Source of the DNA: Escherichia phage vB_EcoM_OE5505
Reading direction: 5' to 3' (one strand)
Sequence record: NC_054926.1
Length of the DNA: 64,000 nucleotides
Positions 9,834 to 19,723 of this stretch are shown here, piece by piece. Under the pieces are notes generated by a model. That model had not been told where the DNA came from. It searched no databases and saw nothing but the letters and a program-made list of their open reading frames with translations. The number at the start of each line of letters is the position of its first letter. The first letter of the stretch is position 1. The position numbers were made by a program, and so were the translations under genes.

Positions 9834-10304
9834 TTAATCATGTTTCCACACCCCATCGGTATTTGACCAAAGTCGCTGATTATCTGATCCTCGCCACAGC
9901 TTTTTAGTCGGAAGATTTTTCTCATACTTCCCATCAATAATAACATCAACATATTTAAGCATTTCTAGCTGTTTAATATCTTCAAACTTATATCCTGTCC
10001 ACAACCAAATGCTTTTATTGGGATAAAGATTTTTAATAGTTTGAACCACAGAGTGAATCACGTCTCTGTTATCAGGATAAAGAGGGTCACCTCCGGTTAT
10101 AGTTAATCCTTCTATATAATCATTATTCAAACATTCAATCAATTGTTCTAGTGTTTCACCAGTGAATGGAATACCATTTCTAGCATTCCATGTTGATTTA
10201 TTATAACACCCTTCACATTTATGCAAACAACCTGTAACGAAAAGAACGGTCCTGCAGCCAGGACCATTAACAAAATCGCAAGGATAAAATCTATCATAAT
10301 TCAT
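9834..10304 (-). CDS. nrdG: Anaerobic ribonucleotide reductase activating protein NrdG
   Basis: 156 aa; radical-SAM CX3CX2C motif GCLHKCEGCYN; ATGA overlap with nrdD. Confidence 0.9.
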   Translation of the reverse strand: MNYDRFYPCDFVNGPGCRTVLFVTGCLHKCEGCYNKSTWNARNGIPFTGETLEQLIECLNNDYIEGLTITGGDPLYPDNRDVIHSVVQTIKNLYPNKSIWLWTGYKFEDIKQLEMLKYVDVIIDGKYEKNLPTKKLWRGSDNQRLWSNTDGVWKHD

Positions 10305-12118
10305 TGGTGCTTAACCCTATGCATGATTTCTTTATTTTTGCCGAGATTAAATCCGCGTTCGTTCGGATTTCCCAAATAACCACATGTTCTTCTTATTGTG
10401 TTCATCTTTTTAGGATCAGTTTCTCCACAAATAAAACAAACAAATCCGTTTTCAGTAGGAGTCATTTCATGGGTACTTCCACATGTAAAACATTTATCTA
10501 CTGGCATATTAACACCAAAATAATCTAAATGTTGTGCAGCATAATCCCAGACAGCCTCAAGACCTTTTAGGTTATTTTTCATATCAGGAAGTTCAACATA
10601 AGAAATGTGACCACCTGTCGCAATGAAATGATATGGCGCTTCACGAGAAATTTTTTCAAACGGAGTAATATTTTCTTCTACTGAAACGTGGAAACTATTA
10701 GTGTACCAGCCTTTATCGGTAACATCTTTTACACTTCCATATTTTTCTGTATCAAGTTTACAGAAGCGATAACAAAGGTTTTCAGCAGGAGTCGAATATA
10801 AACTAAAAGCAAACCCAGTTATTTCAGCCCACTGTTTAAGACGAGCATTCATTTTAGTTAAAATTTCTTGTCCAATATCACGACCGACAAGAATATTCAA
10901 TTCATGAATACCAATGTATCCTAAAGACACTGAACTTCTACCGTTTTTAAATAACTCAATTATGTCGTCATCAGGTTTAAGACGAACCCCGAATGCACCT
11001 TCTTGGTAAAGAATAGGAGCAACAGTCGCTTTAACTCCTTTTAAGGAACTAATTCTACACATCAAAGCTTCAAAACATAAATCCATTCGCTCATTGAACA
11101 ATTCAGTAAATTTCTGTTCATTGAACTGTGTTCCAATATAAGAATCCAACGCAATACGAGGAAGATTCAGTGTTACAACACCAAGATTATTACGTCCATC
11201 AAGAATTTCATTACCGGTTGAATCTTTCCACGCACTCAAGAAACTGCGGCAACCCATTGGAGAAACAGGAATAGATGAGCCGGTGATAGCTTTATTGTTC
11301 TTAGCTGAAATAATATCAGGATACATCCTTTTGCTTGCACACTCTAGAGCAAGCTGCTTAATATCATAGTTCGGATCGTCTTTATAAAGATTAACACCTT
11401 CTTCAACGAACATAACAAGCTTAGGGAAAATAGGAGTTATCCCATCACGACCGAGACCTTTAATACGATTTTTCAGAATTGCTTTCTGAATCATTCGTTC
11501 AGTCCAGTCAGTTCCCGTACCAAATGTAATTGTTACAAAAGGAGTCTGTCCGTTTGAACTAAAGAGAGTATTTACTTCATATTCATAAGCTTGGAATGCA
11601 TCGTATACATCTTTTTCTGTTTTAGATTGAGCATAATTTAACGCATCAGCGATTTGCCATTTTTCTGCATCCTCAATATGTTTTGCATAGGTGCGTTTAA
11701 CATAAGGAGAAAGTACTTTATCTACATTCGCAAAAGTCGTTCCGCCGTATTGGTGAGAAGCAACTTGCGCAGTAATTTGTGCCATAATTGCAGTAGCAAC
11801 GCCAATTGATTTAGGAGTTTCAATCTGTGCATTACCAAGCTTAAATCCGTTTTCAAGCATTCCTTTTAAATCTACTAAACAACAATTAGTAAATGGAAGA
11901 GCAGGGGAATAATCAATATCATGGAAATGAATAATTCCGCTTTCATGCGCTTTCATAATAAAAGACGGGACCATATTTTTGGCAATGTGTTTAGACACAA
12001 TACCAGCCATAAGGTCCCGTTGAGTTGGAAAAACACGAGAATCTTTATTAGCATTCTCGTTTAAAAGGTCTTTATTAGTTTTATGAATCAATCCTTCAAT
12101 TTCTTTTTCAATTGTCAT
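10301..12118 (-). CDS. nrdD: Anaerobic ribonucleoside-triphosphate reductase NrdD (uninterrupted)
   Basis: 605 aa continuous ORF; C-terminal glycyl-radical motif RRTCGYLG and Zn-ribbon CFTCGS...CFICGE. Confidence 0.95.
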   Translation of the reverse strand: MTIEKEIEGLIHKTNKDLLNENANKDSRVFPTQRDLMAGIVSKHIAKNMVPSFIMKAHESGIIHFHDIDYSPALPFTNCCLVDLKGMLENGFKLGNAQIETPKSIGVATAIMAQITAQVASHQYGGTTFANVDKVLSPYVKRTYAKHIEDAEKWQIADALNYAQSKTEKDVYDAFQAYEYEVNTLFSSNGQTPFVTITFGTGTDWTERMIQKAILKNRIKGLGRDGITPIFPKLVMFVEEGVNLYKDDPNYDIKQLALECASKRMYPDIISAKNNKAITGSSIPVSPMGCRSFLSAWKDSTGNEILDGRNNLGVVTLNLPRIALDSYIGTQFNEQKFTELFNERMDLCFEALMCRISSLKGVKATVAPILYQEGAFGVRLKPDDDIIELFKNGRSSVSLGYIGIHELNILVGRDIGQEILTKMNARLKQWAEITGFAFSLYSTPAENLCYRFCKLDTEKYGSVKDVTDKGWYTNSFHVSVEENITPFEKISREAPYHFIATGGHISYVELPDMKNNLKGLEAVWDYAAQHLDYFGVNMPVDKCFTCGSTHEMTPTENGFVCFICGETDPKKMNTIRRTCGYLGNPNERGFNLGKNKEIMHRVKHQ

Positions 12119-12588
12119 TTTAAACTCTTTCTAAGCTGCTTCTTAAATGAAGCTATTAATTGTGTTTTGGTGTCAGATTCATTATATTCAAATCCTCTTT
12201 GAAGCATCTCAGCCATCATTTCCTCTTTTCCTAAACGAGAAAATTCCTTTGATTTATCTCCAACAAAGTTAGGGTGAATATTGTTTTGGGTGTAATCGGA
12301 TTTTAAATAAGTAAGTAAATTTTCTAACCATTCAAGATAATCAACACCTTGTCCCTTTAAGCCAGAACGATTAAATTTATGTTTCATTTGACCTTCTGCC
12401 GCATTACAGAGATTACAGAGCAATCCACGTACCTTTCCAGCTTTCGGTCCATTTAATTCATGGTCATGGTCAAGATGATTAGCTTGAACATCAGGATTTA
12501 ATTCTCGTTGGCAAATTAAGCATTTACCATTTTGTGCATTATAAAATTTTTGTTTTTCTTCTTTGTATAATTTGCCAGTCAATAACAT
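12115..12588 (-). CDS. 49: Endonuclease VII (Holliday junction resolvase) gp49
   Basis: 157 aa; CLICQRELNPDVQANHLDHDHELNGPKAGKVRGLLCNLCN motif region. Confidence 0.93.
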   Translation of the reverse strand: MLLTGKLYKEEKQKFYNAQNGKCLICQRELNPDVQANHLDHDHELNGPKAGKVRGLLCNLCNAAEGQMKHKFNRSGLKGQGVDYLEWLENLLTYLKSDYTQNNIHPNFVGDKSKEFSRLGKEEMMAEMLQRGFEYNESDTKTQLIASFKKQLRKSLK

Positions 12589-12630
12589 AATAAAACCCTT
12601 ACCTTAAATAGATAAGGGTATTTATTATTT

Positions 12631-12807
12631 TCAAGTATTGTAAAACATTCGATGCAATCGCTTATATTGCCGAATCATCTTTTTAGTAGGACGAGAATAA
12701 GTTCCTACACAAGTGGTCATATTAGGGTCTGTAGAATTTCCTTTAATAAAAAGTTTCCAAACCTTACCACCATTTAACTTTTCAGTATAAATCAATTCAG
12801 TTTTCAT
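12631..12807 (-). CDS. Small hypothetical protein (58 aa), below ORF-track threshold
   Basis: ATG at 12807 overlapping upstream stop (TAATG); MKTELIYTEKLNGGKVWKLF... Confidence 0.3.
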   Translation of the reverse strand: MKTELIYTEKLNGGKVWKLFIKGNSTDPNMTTCVGTYSRPTKKMIRQYKRLHRMFYNT

Positions 12808-13271
12808 TAAAATGCTCGGTCAGAAAAAGAAATTTGAGTTTCAAGCCATTCAATATATTCTGCCGCAGCTTGCATCAAATTTCCTTCATAACCATCGTTA
12901 TTTTCTTGCGCAGCCAATTTAGCTAATGCATATGAAATGCGTTCACCTTGAAAAGCGGCTTTAGGTTTATGAATAGCTTGATCAACTCGTTCTACAACTT
13001 CTTCAATTTCGCCATTTTCTACTGATTCAGTATTCCACAAGCACCAATACGTAATTGGCTTATCATAGATGTTAATAATCTTTCCGTCATAAAGTTCAAT
13101 TTCAATAATTCCAGTATCAGGTTCTATATCATCTTCGCATTCTTTTGCAAGTTCACGAACTTTAAAGACAGTACCTGCACTAAGTTCCGGCCAGTAATTA
13201 CACAGCCCTTTATCAGCACGATTAATTCTAAACCACTTATCTACTGTAATCATGTCCCATCTCCATATCAA
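12807..13271 (-). CDS. Hypothetical protein (154 aa)
   Basis: ATG start; acidic protein. Confidence 0.55.
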   Translation of the reverse strand: MIWRWDMITVDKWFRINRADKGLCNYWPELSAGTVFKVRELAKECEDDIEPDTGIIEIELYDGKIINIYDKPITYWCLWNTESVENGEIEEVVERVDQAIHKPKAAFQGERISYALAKLAAQENNDGYEGNLMQAAAEYIEWLETQISFSDRAF

Positions 13272-13376
13272 TTATGTCATTTATTGTAGGTTCATTATAT
13301 ACTGTTTCTTCATCAGTGTAAACCGGTTCTTCCGGCTCTGGCTCTACAGTTTCCCATCTAGCCGCCCACCAGGGTT

Positions 13377-13685
13377 TTATAGCGTAATCCATTCTCGTAT
13401 TGTCTGAGTTACTACACGTTCACGGGGTTCGACTAATTCAACAGTCGGAACTGCATAATACCAGTCAGAATGATAAGAACCTGAACGGCATTCATTTACG
13501 GAAACATGTACATTATGTTTTGGGCTAAAATAAACACATTGCCGATATTGGCATTTGCCATCTTGTACCCAGTCTTCTATTTCGATAGGTTTAAGATAAT
13601 CCGAAAAATCGAAATCATAATTTTCTGAAAATGCATCATGGTCTTCGATTATTTCGCTCAAAACTGCATCAACATCGTAAATCAT
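13377..13685 (-). CDS. Hypothetical protein (102 aa)
   Basis: ATG start. Confidence 0.5.
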   Translation of the reverse strand: MIYDVDAVLSEIIEDHDAFSENYDFDFSDYLKPIEIEDWVQDGKCQYRQCVYFSPKHNVHVSVNECRSGSYHSDWYYAVPTVELVEPRERVVTQTIREWITL

Positions 13686-13687
13686 AT

Positions 13688-13903
13688 TTACCCCAATTTA
13701 ACCATGCAATCGCCATATTTCCATTTAGAAATAGACTTTTCACCGTTAGAATAATAAACTTCGAGTTTAGCGCGGCCATTTTTAATTTGAATAACCTTTG
13801 CTGTCATCAAAGTTCCATACCCATAGTAAACTGCAACCTCATCACCCACATATACCGCGCTTCCGCGGTAGTCATGGATATAATCAGTTCCTTCAAGCAT
13901 CAT
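13688..13903 (-). CDS. Hypothetical protein (71 aa)
   Basis: ATG start, ATGA overlap with nrdC stop. Confidence 0.5.
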   Translation of the reverse strand: MMLEGTDYIHDYRGSAVYVGDEVAVYYGYGTLMTAKVIQIKNGRAKLEVYYSNGEKSISKWKYGDCMVKLG

Positions 13904-14163
13904 TTAAAGTATTCCCGCAATTGGTCAAATCCACCAATATGACTTCCATCAGGAGCAAATACCTGAGGCATCGTCAATCCGATTTGAGTATCACGACCCA
14001 GTTTAGTCAGAAGCTCAGCGATTTTCTCATCATCAAAAACACCTTTTTCCGGCATAATATTGATAAATTCAAACGGCTGTTTCTTCACAGTCAAGAGACG
14101 TTTTGCATTATCGCAATACACACATTTGTGGATGTTGCTATCATAACCATATACTTTAAACAT
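13900..14163 (-). CDS. nrdC: Thioredoxin/glutaredoxin NrdC
   Basis: 87 aa; MFKVYGYDSNIHKCVYCDNAKRLL... with CVYC active site; matches recalled T4 NrdC. Confidence 0.93.
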   Translation of the reverse strand: MFKVYGYDSNIHKCVYCDNAKRLLTVKKQPFEFINIMPEKGVFDDEKIAELLTKLGRDTQIGLTMPQVFAPDGSHIGGFDQLREYFK

Positions 14164-14164
14164 A

Positions 14165-14407
14165 TTATTCCTTAATTCCTAGTACTTGTTTAAAAATCTC
14201 GTCATAATCAAGACTTTGGCCCGTTTGTTCTTTATGTTTGTATATAATATCACTTACTTCTGATAGCATATTTTTATATGAACGAGTTAAAGCAGATTTA
14301 AGAACGCTATATCTATCAGGAAATTTACCATGTTCATTATAATAAGCTATTGCTAATTCACGGACTGCTTTTTCAGCAATCTCCATATATTCTTTACGCT
14401 TGGTCAT
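14165..14407 (-). CDS. Hypothetical protein (80 aa from ATG)
   Basis: ORF-track start is TTG; first ATG at 14407. Confidence 0.45.
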   Translation of the reverse strand: MTKRKEYMEIAEKAVRELAIAYYNEHGKFPDRYSVLKSALTRSYKNMLSEVSDIIYKHKEQTGQSLDYDEIFKQVLGIKE

Positions 14408-14711
14408 TTTCTTCTCTCTCAAATCGGTGTTTGCAATGACGACATTTATATTCAAGCTCTGGTTTACGCCAGTTAATCAATTGTACCTGTTCAGTACCAC
14501 ATTTTGGACAGTTCGGAACATTCTTAGAAGCTCTTTCGCGGCGTTCAACCATAACCATAATGGCATCCCAAGCAGGAGGTTTAAAGTCTAGATCGTCACA
14601 GCCATGAATCTTTCCACGCATTTCCAGATCGTCTTCTTCGCCAGCCATAATAATTTTAATTAGACTAGAATTACTTGAAGCTGCAATATCTTCTAATAAG
14701 CGCTTTTTCAT
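14394..14711 (-). CDS. Zn-ribbon protein (105 aa)
   Basis: CPKCG...CRHCKH four-cysteine motif. Confidence 0.5.
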   Translation of the reverse strand: MKKRLLEDIAASSNSSLIKIIMAGEEDDLEMRGKIHGCDDLDFKPPAWDAIMVMVERRERASKNVPNCPKCGTEQVQLINWRKPELEYKCRHCKHRFEREENDQA

Positions 14712-15637
14712 TTCAATACCTCAATAGCATTACGTAAACCATTTGCTTTTGCATTAAGAGCTTTTAACAATTTAGTGTGTTCGGCAATCTGGGCTTCAAC
14801 TTCAATCAAACGAGCATTGAGATATTCGCGTTCTTCGCTCAGGTTATCAACCTTTTCTACTTTAGGTTCTTTTACAACTGGCTTATATGTATTAGGGTTC
14901 TTCAGTTTAATTAGAATGCGTGAACTGTATAACATTGAACCATTATCTTCGGTTTCGTCATACATTTCTACTACGTCCATAATTTTTAGCATCATGCGGA
15001 GTTTATAAGACAATGAACGAATAGTTTTGTTGTGCTTATTAATTTCTCTAGCGTTCATGGTGCCGAGATTACGTGAGTAATAATAAGGAACCTGGATATT
15101 AATTAATACTGATGAACCACCTGGCTTGTGTGTTACTTCATCAGCAATAACCCAGTCCTTAACATGAACTGTATTTGTACGGTCATCGCCCGCGGTAAAT
15201 AGTTTGCGAGCATGCTTAAAAAGCATATTCACTTGGTCATTGAATTGACAAGCAAATTTATCAGCAAATTTAGTTTCAGGAATGGTAGAAAACCAATCAG
15301 CCAAATGAGTCTTTTTAACATCATTAACAATAGTAAATTCAACCAAATCGGTTATAGATGTCTCAGATTTAATGAAGCTCGGCTTCATAAAGTTTTTAAT
15401 GTTCTCATGAGCTACAGTAGAAGATAACATACGAGAACGTTTAAACCATTCAAGCAAATTGCCTAACGAATGAGAATAAGCGTTTTGAGTATCTTTACAG
15501 ATATGATTTTCCTGACCAACATATTGAAGGAAATCACGAAGAATATTATTGATTACTGCTCTGTGCCCGATCTGATAATTACGGTGTTTAGTAATAAGAC
15601 TGTCAAAATAATCAATATAATGTTTACGAGTTTTCAT
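14708..15637 (-). CDS. Hypothetical protein with C-terminal coiled coil (309 aa), paralog family member
   Basis: ATG start; C-terminal heptad region [42 protein letters not shown]; MDVV motif shared with neighbour. Confidence 0.6.
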   Translation of the reverse strand: MKTRKHYIDYFDSLITKHRNYQIGHRAVINNILRDFLQYVGQENHICKDTQNAYSHSLGNLLEWFKRSRMLSSTVAHENIKNFMKPSFIKSETSITDLVEFTIVNDVKKTHLADWFSTIPETKFADKFACQFNDQVNMLFKHARKLFTAGDDRTNTVHVKDWVIADEVTHKPGGSSVLINIQVPYYYSRNLGTMNAREINKHNKTIRSLSYKLRMMLKIMDVVEMYDETEDNGSMLYSSRILIKLKNPNTYKPVVKEPKVEKVDNLSEEREYLNARLIEVEAQIAEHTKLLKALNAKANGLRNAIEVLK

Positions 15638-15689
15638 ATTCTTCTCACTTGGTTAATGGTTTATACTCCGAGCCATCCTTGGCTTTAAA

Positions 15690-16691
15690 TTACTTAATTA
15701 ACTGTAAAGCTTGTTCAAGACGATCAAGACGATTAACGGATTCTTCCCAAATCTTTTTAGCCTGCTCATATTCTTTCTGCGCTTTATTAGAAATTTCTAG
15801 AACTTCTTTATAAGCTTTTTCTAGTGCAATAACTTCTGGACGAATTTCTACTGGTTCAGGCGAATCGTCAAGACATTCCATTAGTTCCTCAAGGGTAGTT
15901 TCTTCTTTAGGAGTATTCACAATTTCATCACATTTTTGTTGGTAAATTTCTTTATCAGTCGGTGAGTACGCACACTTTACTTCACGGAGACTAACTACAA
16001 TTTTATATCCTTCCCAACCGCATATATTCTTAAAAGGATAAGTATGAATATTTTCTACTGTTTCCATACAAAGTAATGCGGTCTCTAACTGACGAGTTAT
16101 ATCGCTAGCAATTGAGAAAAATTTATTAATGTTCTTTTGATTAGCTTCTGGTGTAAAAAATTCATAATTCACAAAAATAGCTGCTTTATTTTTATCAAGC
16201 TCATATTCTTTTATGATAATCATATCAGAAGCCCAAGGATGGATTTGACGATAATCACCATAGCATAATTTAGAAGCTGATTTTAGAATTTGCTTCTTGA
16301 AAAGTCTAAAATTACTAATCCAACGACGAGTAAAAATATTCTCAGGGTCTTCTTTATTATTAAGATGATAAGAATTAACATCACCGAACCAACTGTATCC
16401 TACTACATCTTTAGTTCGTTTAATTTCTTTCCCAAATTTACCAAGAATATCTTGATTAACTAAATATGAAAGAAGACGAGAACCTTTAAAAGTTTCCTTA
16501 ATATCATCTTTATATTCGCGACTAGAAATTTTATGAACTTCATGAATAAATTTGCTTGAAGAAACAATACTTGCATCAATATTATTGAGCCATTGATTGA
16601 TAATGGAAATAACACTATTCTGACTAAACACAGGTTTAACTTTATCATTAATAACGCTATTGAATGATTTGATATATTCGTTACGAGTCAT
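15690..16691 (-). CDS. Hypothetical protein with C-terminal coiled coil (333 aa), paralog family member
   Basis: ATG at 16691 downstream of early promoter 16720..16749; shares RRWISNF.LFKKQILKSASKL motif with next gene. Confidence 0.6.
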   Translation of the reverse strand: MTRNEYIKSFNSVINDKVKPVFSQNSVISIINQWLNNIDASIVSSSKFIHEVHKISSREYKDDIKETFKGSRLLSYLVNQDILGKFGKEIKRTKDVVGYSWFGDVNSYHLNNKEDPENIFTRRWISNFRLFKKQILKSASKLCYGDYRQIHPWASDMIIIKEYELDKNKAAIFVNYEFFTPEANQKNINKFFSIASDITRQLETALLCMETVENIHTYPFKNICGWEGYKIVVSLREVKCAYSPTDKEIYQQKCDEIVNTPKEETTLEELMECLDDSPEPVEIRPEVIALEKAYKEVLEISNKAQKEYEQAKKIWEESVNRLDRLEQALQLIK

Positions 16692-16719
16692 ATTAATCTC
16701 CTCAGTAGAAAGTAAGAAC

Positions 16720-16749
16720 ATTATACCACATCCTTGTGGCAAAGTAAAC
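16720..16749 (-). promoter_or_regulatory. T4-type early promoter (GTTTAC - 18 nt - TGGTATAAT)
   Basis: Minus-strand motif upstream of ATG 16691. Confidence 0.6.
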
Positions 16750-17768
16750 TAGTTTAGTGCATTTAGTGCATTGTTCAGTTTAGAACGTTGCTTCGTAAGA
16801 TTTTTGACTTTTTCTTGAGCTTTTTCTAGCATCTTTTCAGCTTCTAGCACTTCATTAGTTGCTTTAACGAGTTCATCATCTACTGCCTTGATAGACTTCT
16901 CAATCGCATCCGCGTGCCATTTTTCAACAGGTTTAAGACTCGGATTTTCAATAGAAAGAAAATTCACTTTATTGAATTTCCATGCATCTTTATTACCTGA
17001 GCTATACATCCAAAATTTAGGATCGTTTGATGAGCAATTAGATAAATTTAAGTTATCTTGCACTTCCTGCTTTTTCTCTTGCGGGACTTCGTCCTTTCTC
17101 AAAAAATCGTATTTAAATGAAACGATCATATCAAGTTCATACGTTGTTGTATGTTCCCAATTTCGCTCAAAATGAGGTAAAATCTTAGACTGAACCGCGG
17201 CAACTACATCCATATACTTAAATGCTTCTGTCAACTGTGATTTAAGGCATTCACAAATTGAAAGAGAATTTTTTGTATTAGGTTTAAAGCTAATTCGTGC
17301 AGTTCTGTTATTTTCTTTTAATGGTCTTACTTCCATCTGAAGAGTATAACCATCAAATTTCAGATTCTTTAAGTTAATATCAGAACCTTTTAATCGACTA
17401 GCCGTCGACAAAATTTGCTTTAATTGTTTACGGAATAGAGCAATAAATCTCCATTCAAGACGGTAATGATTTGGATTAAAAAATCCTGTTGATAAATCAA
17501 CCTTACTCTGACCAACGCCTTGAACAAATAGAGGATTTTTATAATCAATAGTTTTACAGAAATCGGTGAGCTGTTCGCGAGCAGTCATTTGCGTAATATA
17601 TCCAGCTTTATCAAAATGTCGCAGCCATTCACTGCTATTCATATACTTAAAGTGAATGGAACTATTAACTCTATCAGGGTCTAAATTATTTTGGCACAAA
17701 AATGTCATAACATCACGAGTATAGCTGGCATTACGAACCATATCTTCAATTTGAGAACGAGTTTTCAT
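16749..17768 (-). CDS. Hypothetical protein with C-terminal coiled coil (339 aa), paralog family member
   Basis: ATG start; RLEWRFIALFRKQLKQILSTASRL motif; C-terminal coiled coil. Confidence 0.6.
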   Translation of the reverse strand: MKTRSQIEDMVRNASYTRDVMTFLCQNNLDPDRVNSSIHFKYMNSSEWLRHFDKAGYITQMTAREQLTDFCKTIDYKNPLFVQGVGQSKVDLSTGFFNPNHYRLEWRFIALFRKQLKQILSTASRLKGSDINLKNLKFDGYTLQMEVRPLKENNRTARISFKPNTKNSLSICECLKSQLTEAFKYMDVVAAVQSKILPHFERNWEHTTTYELDMIVSFKYDFLRKDEVPQEKKQEVQDNLNLSNCSSNDPKFWMYSSGNKDAWKFNKVNFLSIENPSLKPVEKWHADAIEKSIKAVDDELVKATNEVLEAEKMLEKAQEKVKNLTKQRSKLNNALNALN

Positions 17769-17776
17769 GGTGTTCC

Positions 17777-18664
17777 TTAAGATTTAAGTAAATCGACAAT
17801 TTTAATTAACTTTTCACGCTCAGATTTAGCTTTACTACTCAGTCCAGATAGTCTGAAAATTTCATCATCATATTGTTGAATAGAAATATTCAGCTCTTCA
17901 ATCTGTTTATTAAAATAATCAATTTGTTCAGAATGTTTTTCGTTACTACGAACTGGTACAGGTTTTGTAGGCAATTTAGTTGAACTGGATTCATCCGGGC
18001 GATAAATTAAAATACAATTTGAACCAATCGGGCATTTAGCACCAGACACATATTCTAGTGTTCCAGCTTCTTTTAAAACTTCAAAAGCTAAACAGAGATG
18101 ATGACCCATATTGACATAATCTGTAGAGTGAGCTCTGATATAATAATCATCTCCACGAGTACTAAATTTAAAGCATTTAAGGTCTTCTGTATTATTAGTT
18201 TTAAAAATCATTTGTTTATCTAGACCTTTAGCTAATCGAGCACCTAATGCTAATAATCGTCGTTGATTTTCCCATAAATCCGCAATCATTTGATCGAATG
18301 ACAATTTCGGCATTAGTCGACCATAAAGGTCATATCCTTTATTATAATTGCGAAGAATTTCACTCGCGTTAATACGAGACAACGCTCCAATTTTATTAAG
18401 GGCTTTCATGATGCGATTAGATAAACTCATTCCAGACCCGTTTGTTCGCTGTAAATGTTTTTCTAATCCAAATCCAATATCAACTTTAAATTTATCTAAA
18501 ATTTTGGCATGAACATCTCTGTCAATAACATTCAAATCCAAAGTTGGGTTAAATCTATGAAAAAATTTATCTGGCTCTCCACGACGAAGTACAGTCCATT
18601 CATTTAATTTTTTATTAACTAAAGATTTAATTACTGCGTTGATATTATTAATTACTACTGACAT
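17777..18664 (-). CDS. Hypothetical protein with C-terminal coiled coil (295 aa from ATG)
   Basis: ORF-track start is TTG; ATG at 18664 with GAGGAAA SD; C-terminal coiled coil. Confidence 0.55.
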   Translation of the reverse strand: MSVVINNINAVIKSLVNKKLNEWTVLRRGEPDKFFHRFNPTLDLNVIDRDVHAKILDKFKVDIGFGLEKHLQRTNGSGMSLSNRIMKALNKIGALSRINASEILRNYNKGYDLYGRLMPKLSFDQMIADLWENQRRLLALGARLAKGLDKQMIFKTNNTEDLKCFKFSTRGDDYYIRAHSTDYVNMGHHLCLAFEVLKEAGTLEYVSGAKCPIGSNCILIYRPDESSSTKLPTKPVPVRSNEKHSEQIDYFNKQIEELNISIQQYDDEIFRLSGLSSKAKSEREKLIKIVDLLKS

Positions 18665-18675
18665 ATTTTCCTCAC

Positions 18676-19080
18676 TCAATTTTCAATTTTACTAAATACA
18701 CAGAATATGATGGAAAGGACTATATAAGCACCGCATACAGATTGAACTAATACCATTCCAAAGAACCAAACAATATTATCAAACAATGTCTGTTTTACGT
18801 CGAAAGGACGTAAACTTACAGTAATATTATCACCTTTTTCTATTGATGAATACATCTCTGGTGAAATATATTCACTAAATCTATAACCGTCTTTGAGTTC
18901 ATATACGGCAATAAACGATAAACTAGACCCCTTTCCTTGAGTTCCTGTAAGGGTATTAACTACAGTAACATCATAATCTTTATAATGCATATAATCATTA
19001 ATTGCGTAATAACCATATGCAATTACTATACATAAACAACATATCAATAAATTCAATCTTTTAATTATCAACTGTTTCAT
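18676..19080 (-). CDS. Membrane protein (134 aa, two predicted TM segments)
   Basis: N-terminal LLICCLCIVIAYGYYAI and C-terminal FFGMVLVQSVCGAYIVLSIIFCVF hydrophobic segments; middle-type promoter upstream. Confidence 0.55.
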   Translation of the reverse strand: MKQLIIKRLNLLICCLCIVIAYGYYAINDYMHYKDYDVTVVNTLTGTQGKGSSLSFIAVYELKDGYRFSEYISPEMYSSIEKGDNITVSLRPFDVKQTLFDNIVWFFGMVLVQSVCGAYIVLSIIFCVFSKIEN

Positions 19081-19109
19081 AATAATCTCAATTAAAAGGG
19101 CTTAGAACC

Positions 19110-19134
19110 ATTATACCATCCTTGGTATAAAGCG
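19110..19134 (-). promoter_or_regulatory. Candidate MotA-dependent middle promoter (CGCTTTA box, 12 nt, TGGTATAAT)
   Basis: MotA-box-like GCTTTA positioned about -30 relative to TATAAT; upstream of membrane protein gene. Confidence 0.4.
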
Positions 19135-19135
19135 G

Positions 19136-19663
19136 TTATGCGAGTACCGTCTTTAACCGTTCTTCAAACTTCCGAAGAGTATTTTGGCGTTCAGCTCTTT
19201 GCTTTTTGTAAGTTTCAATACGCTCTGAAATGAGAGTGTATCGTTCATTTACTGATTCTTTCATAAAATCAGGAATTTCACGAGAAGCTTTAATCTCATC
19301 AAATTTATCAATAACAGCTTGCTCTTCAGCAATTAAGTTATCATACATCAAAATATCTTTCTTGATGAACTCAATATCTTCTTGAGTTACACGAGATAAT
19401 TTAGATGCTTTATCCTTTTTGTACTGTTCGTTAGTATCACGAGACCAGTGTAATGTACGATTTTTATTCGTATTCTTGTAAATTTCTACAATACCAATCT
19501 CATCGATAATAACGATCCAATTCCAACGAGATTTGTAAATTTGTCCTCCGTCAACCGTGATTTCACCTCCGATTGAGATGTCATTAAAGAACTTGCTTTG
19601 TGCTTCTGATTTAAATTTACCATCGTTGTAATTTACCAAGTTGAAAATATCTTTAGCGTTCAT
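19136..19663 (-). CDS. Hypothetical protein (175 aa from ATG)
   Basis: ATG at 19663 with GGAGG SD; ORF-track N-terminal extension is promoter read-through. Confidence 0.55.
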   Translation of the reverse strand: MNAKDIFNLVNYNDGKFKSEAQSKFFNDISIGGEITVDGGQIYKSRWNWIVIIDEIGIVEIYKNTNKNRTLHWSRDTNEQYKKDKASKLSRVTQEDIEFIKKDILMYDNLIAEEQAVIDKFDEIKASREIPDFMKESVNERYTLISERIETYKKQRAERQNTLRKFEERLKTVLA

Positions 19664-19691
19664 TTTCTGTTCCTCCGTAGTTGATAGTTGT

Positions 19692-19721
19692 ATAGTACCA
19701 CAGAGGAACGGTCTTGTAAAC
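19692..19721 (-). promoter_or_regulatory. Early promoter with conserved TGGTACTATACAACTATCAAC module (copy A)
   Basis: GTTTAC - 18 nt - TACTAT followed by conserved leader; one of four copies. Confidence 0.6.
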
Positions 19722-19723
19722 AA

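Noticed and set aside
10301-12118. Group I intron and I-TevII-like endonuclease inside nrdD
   Set aside because: Looked for an ORF interruption or internal stop; the nrdD reading frame is continuous over 605 codons, so no intron is present
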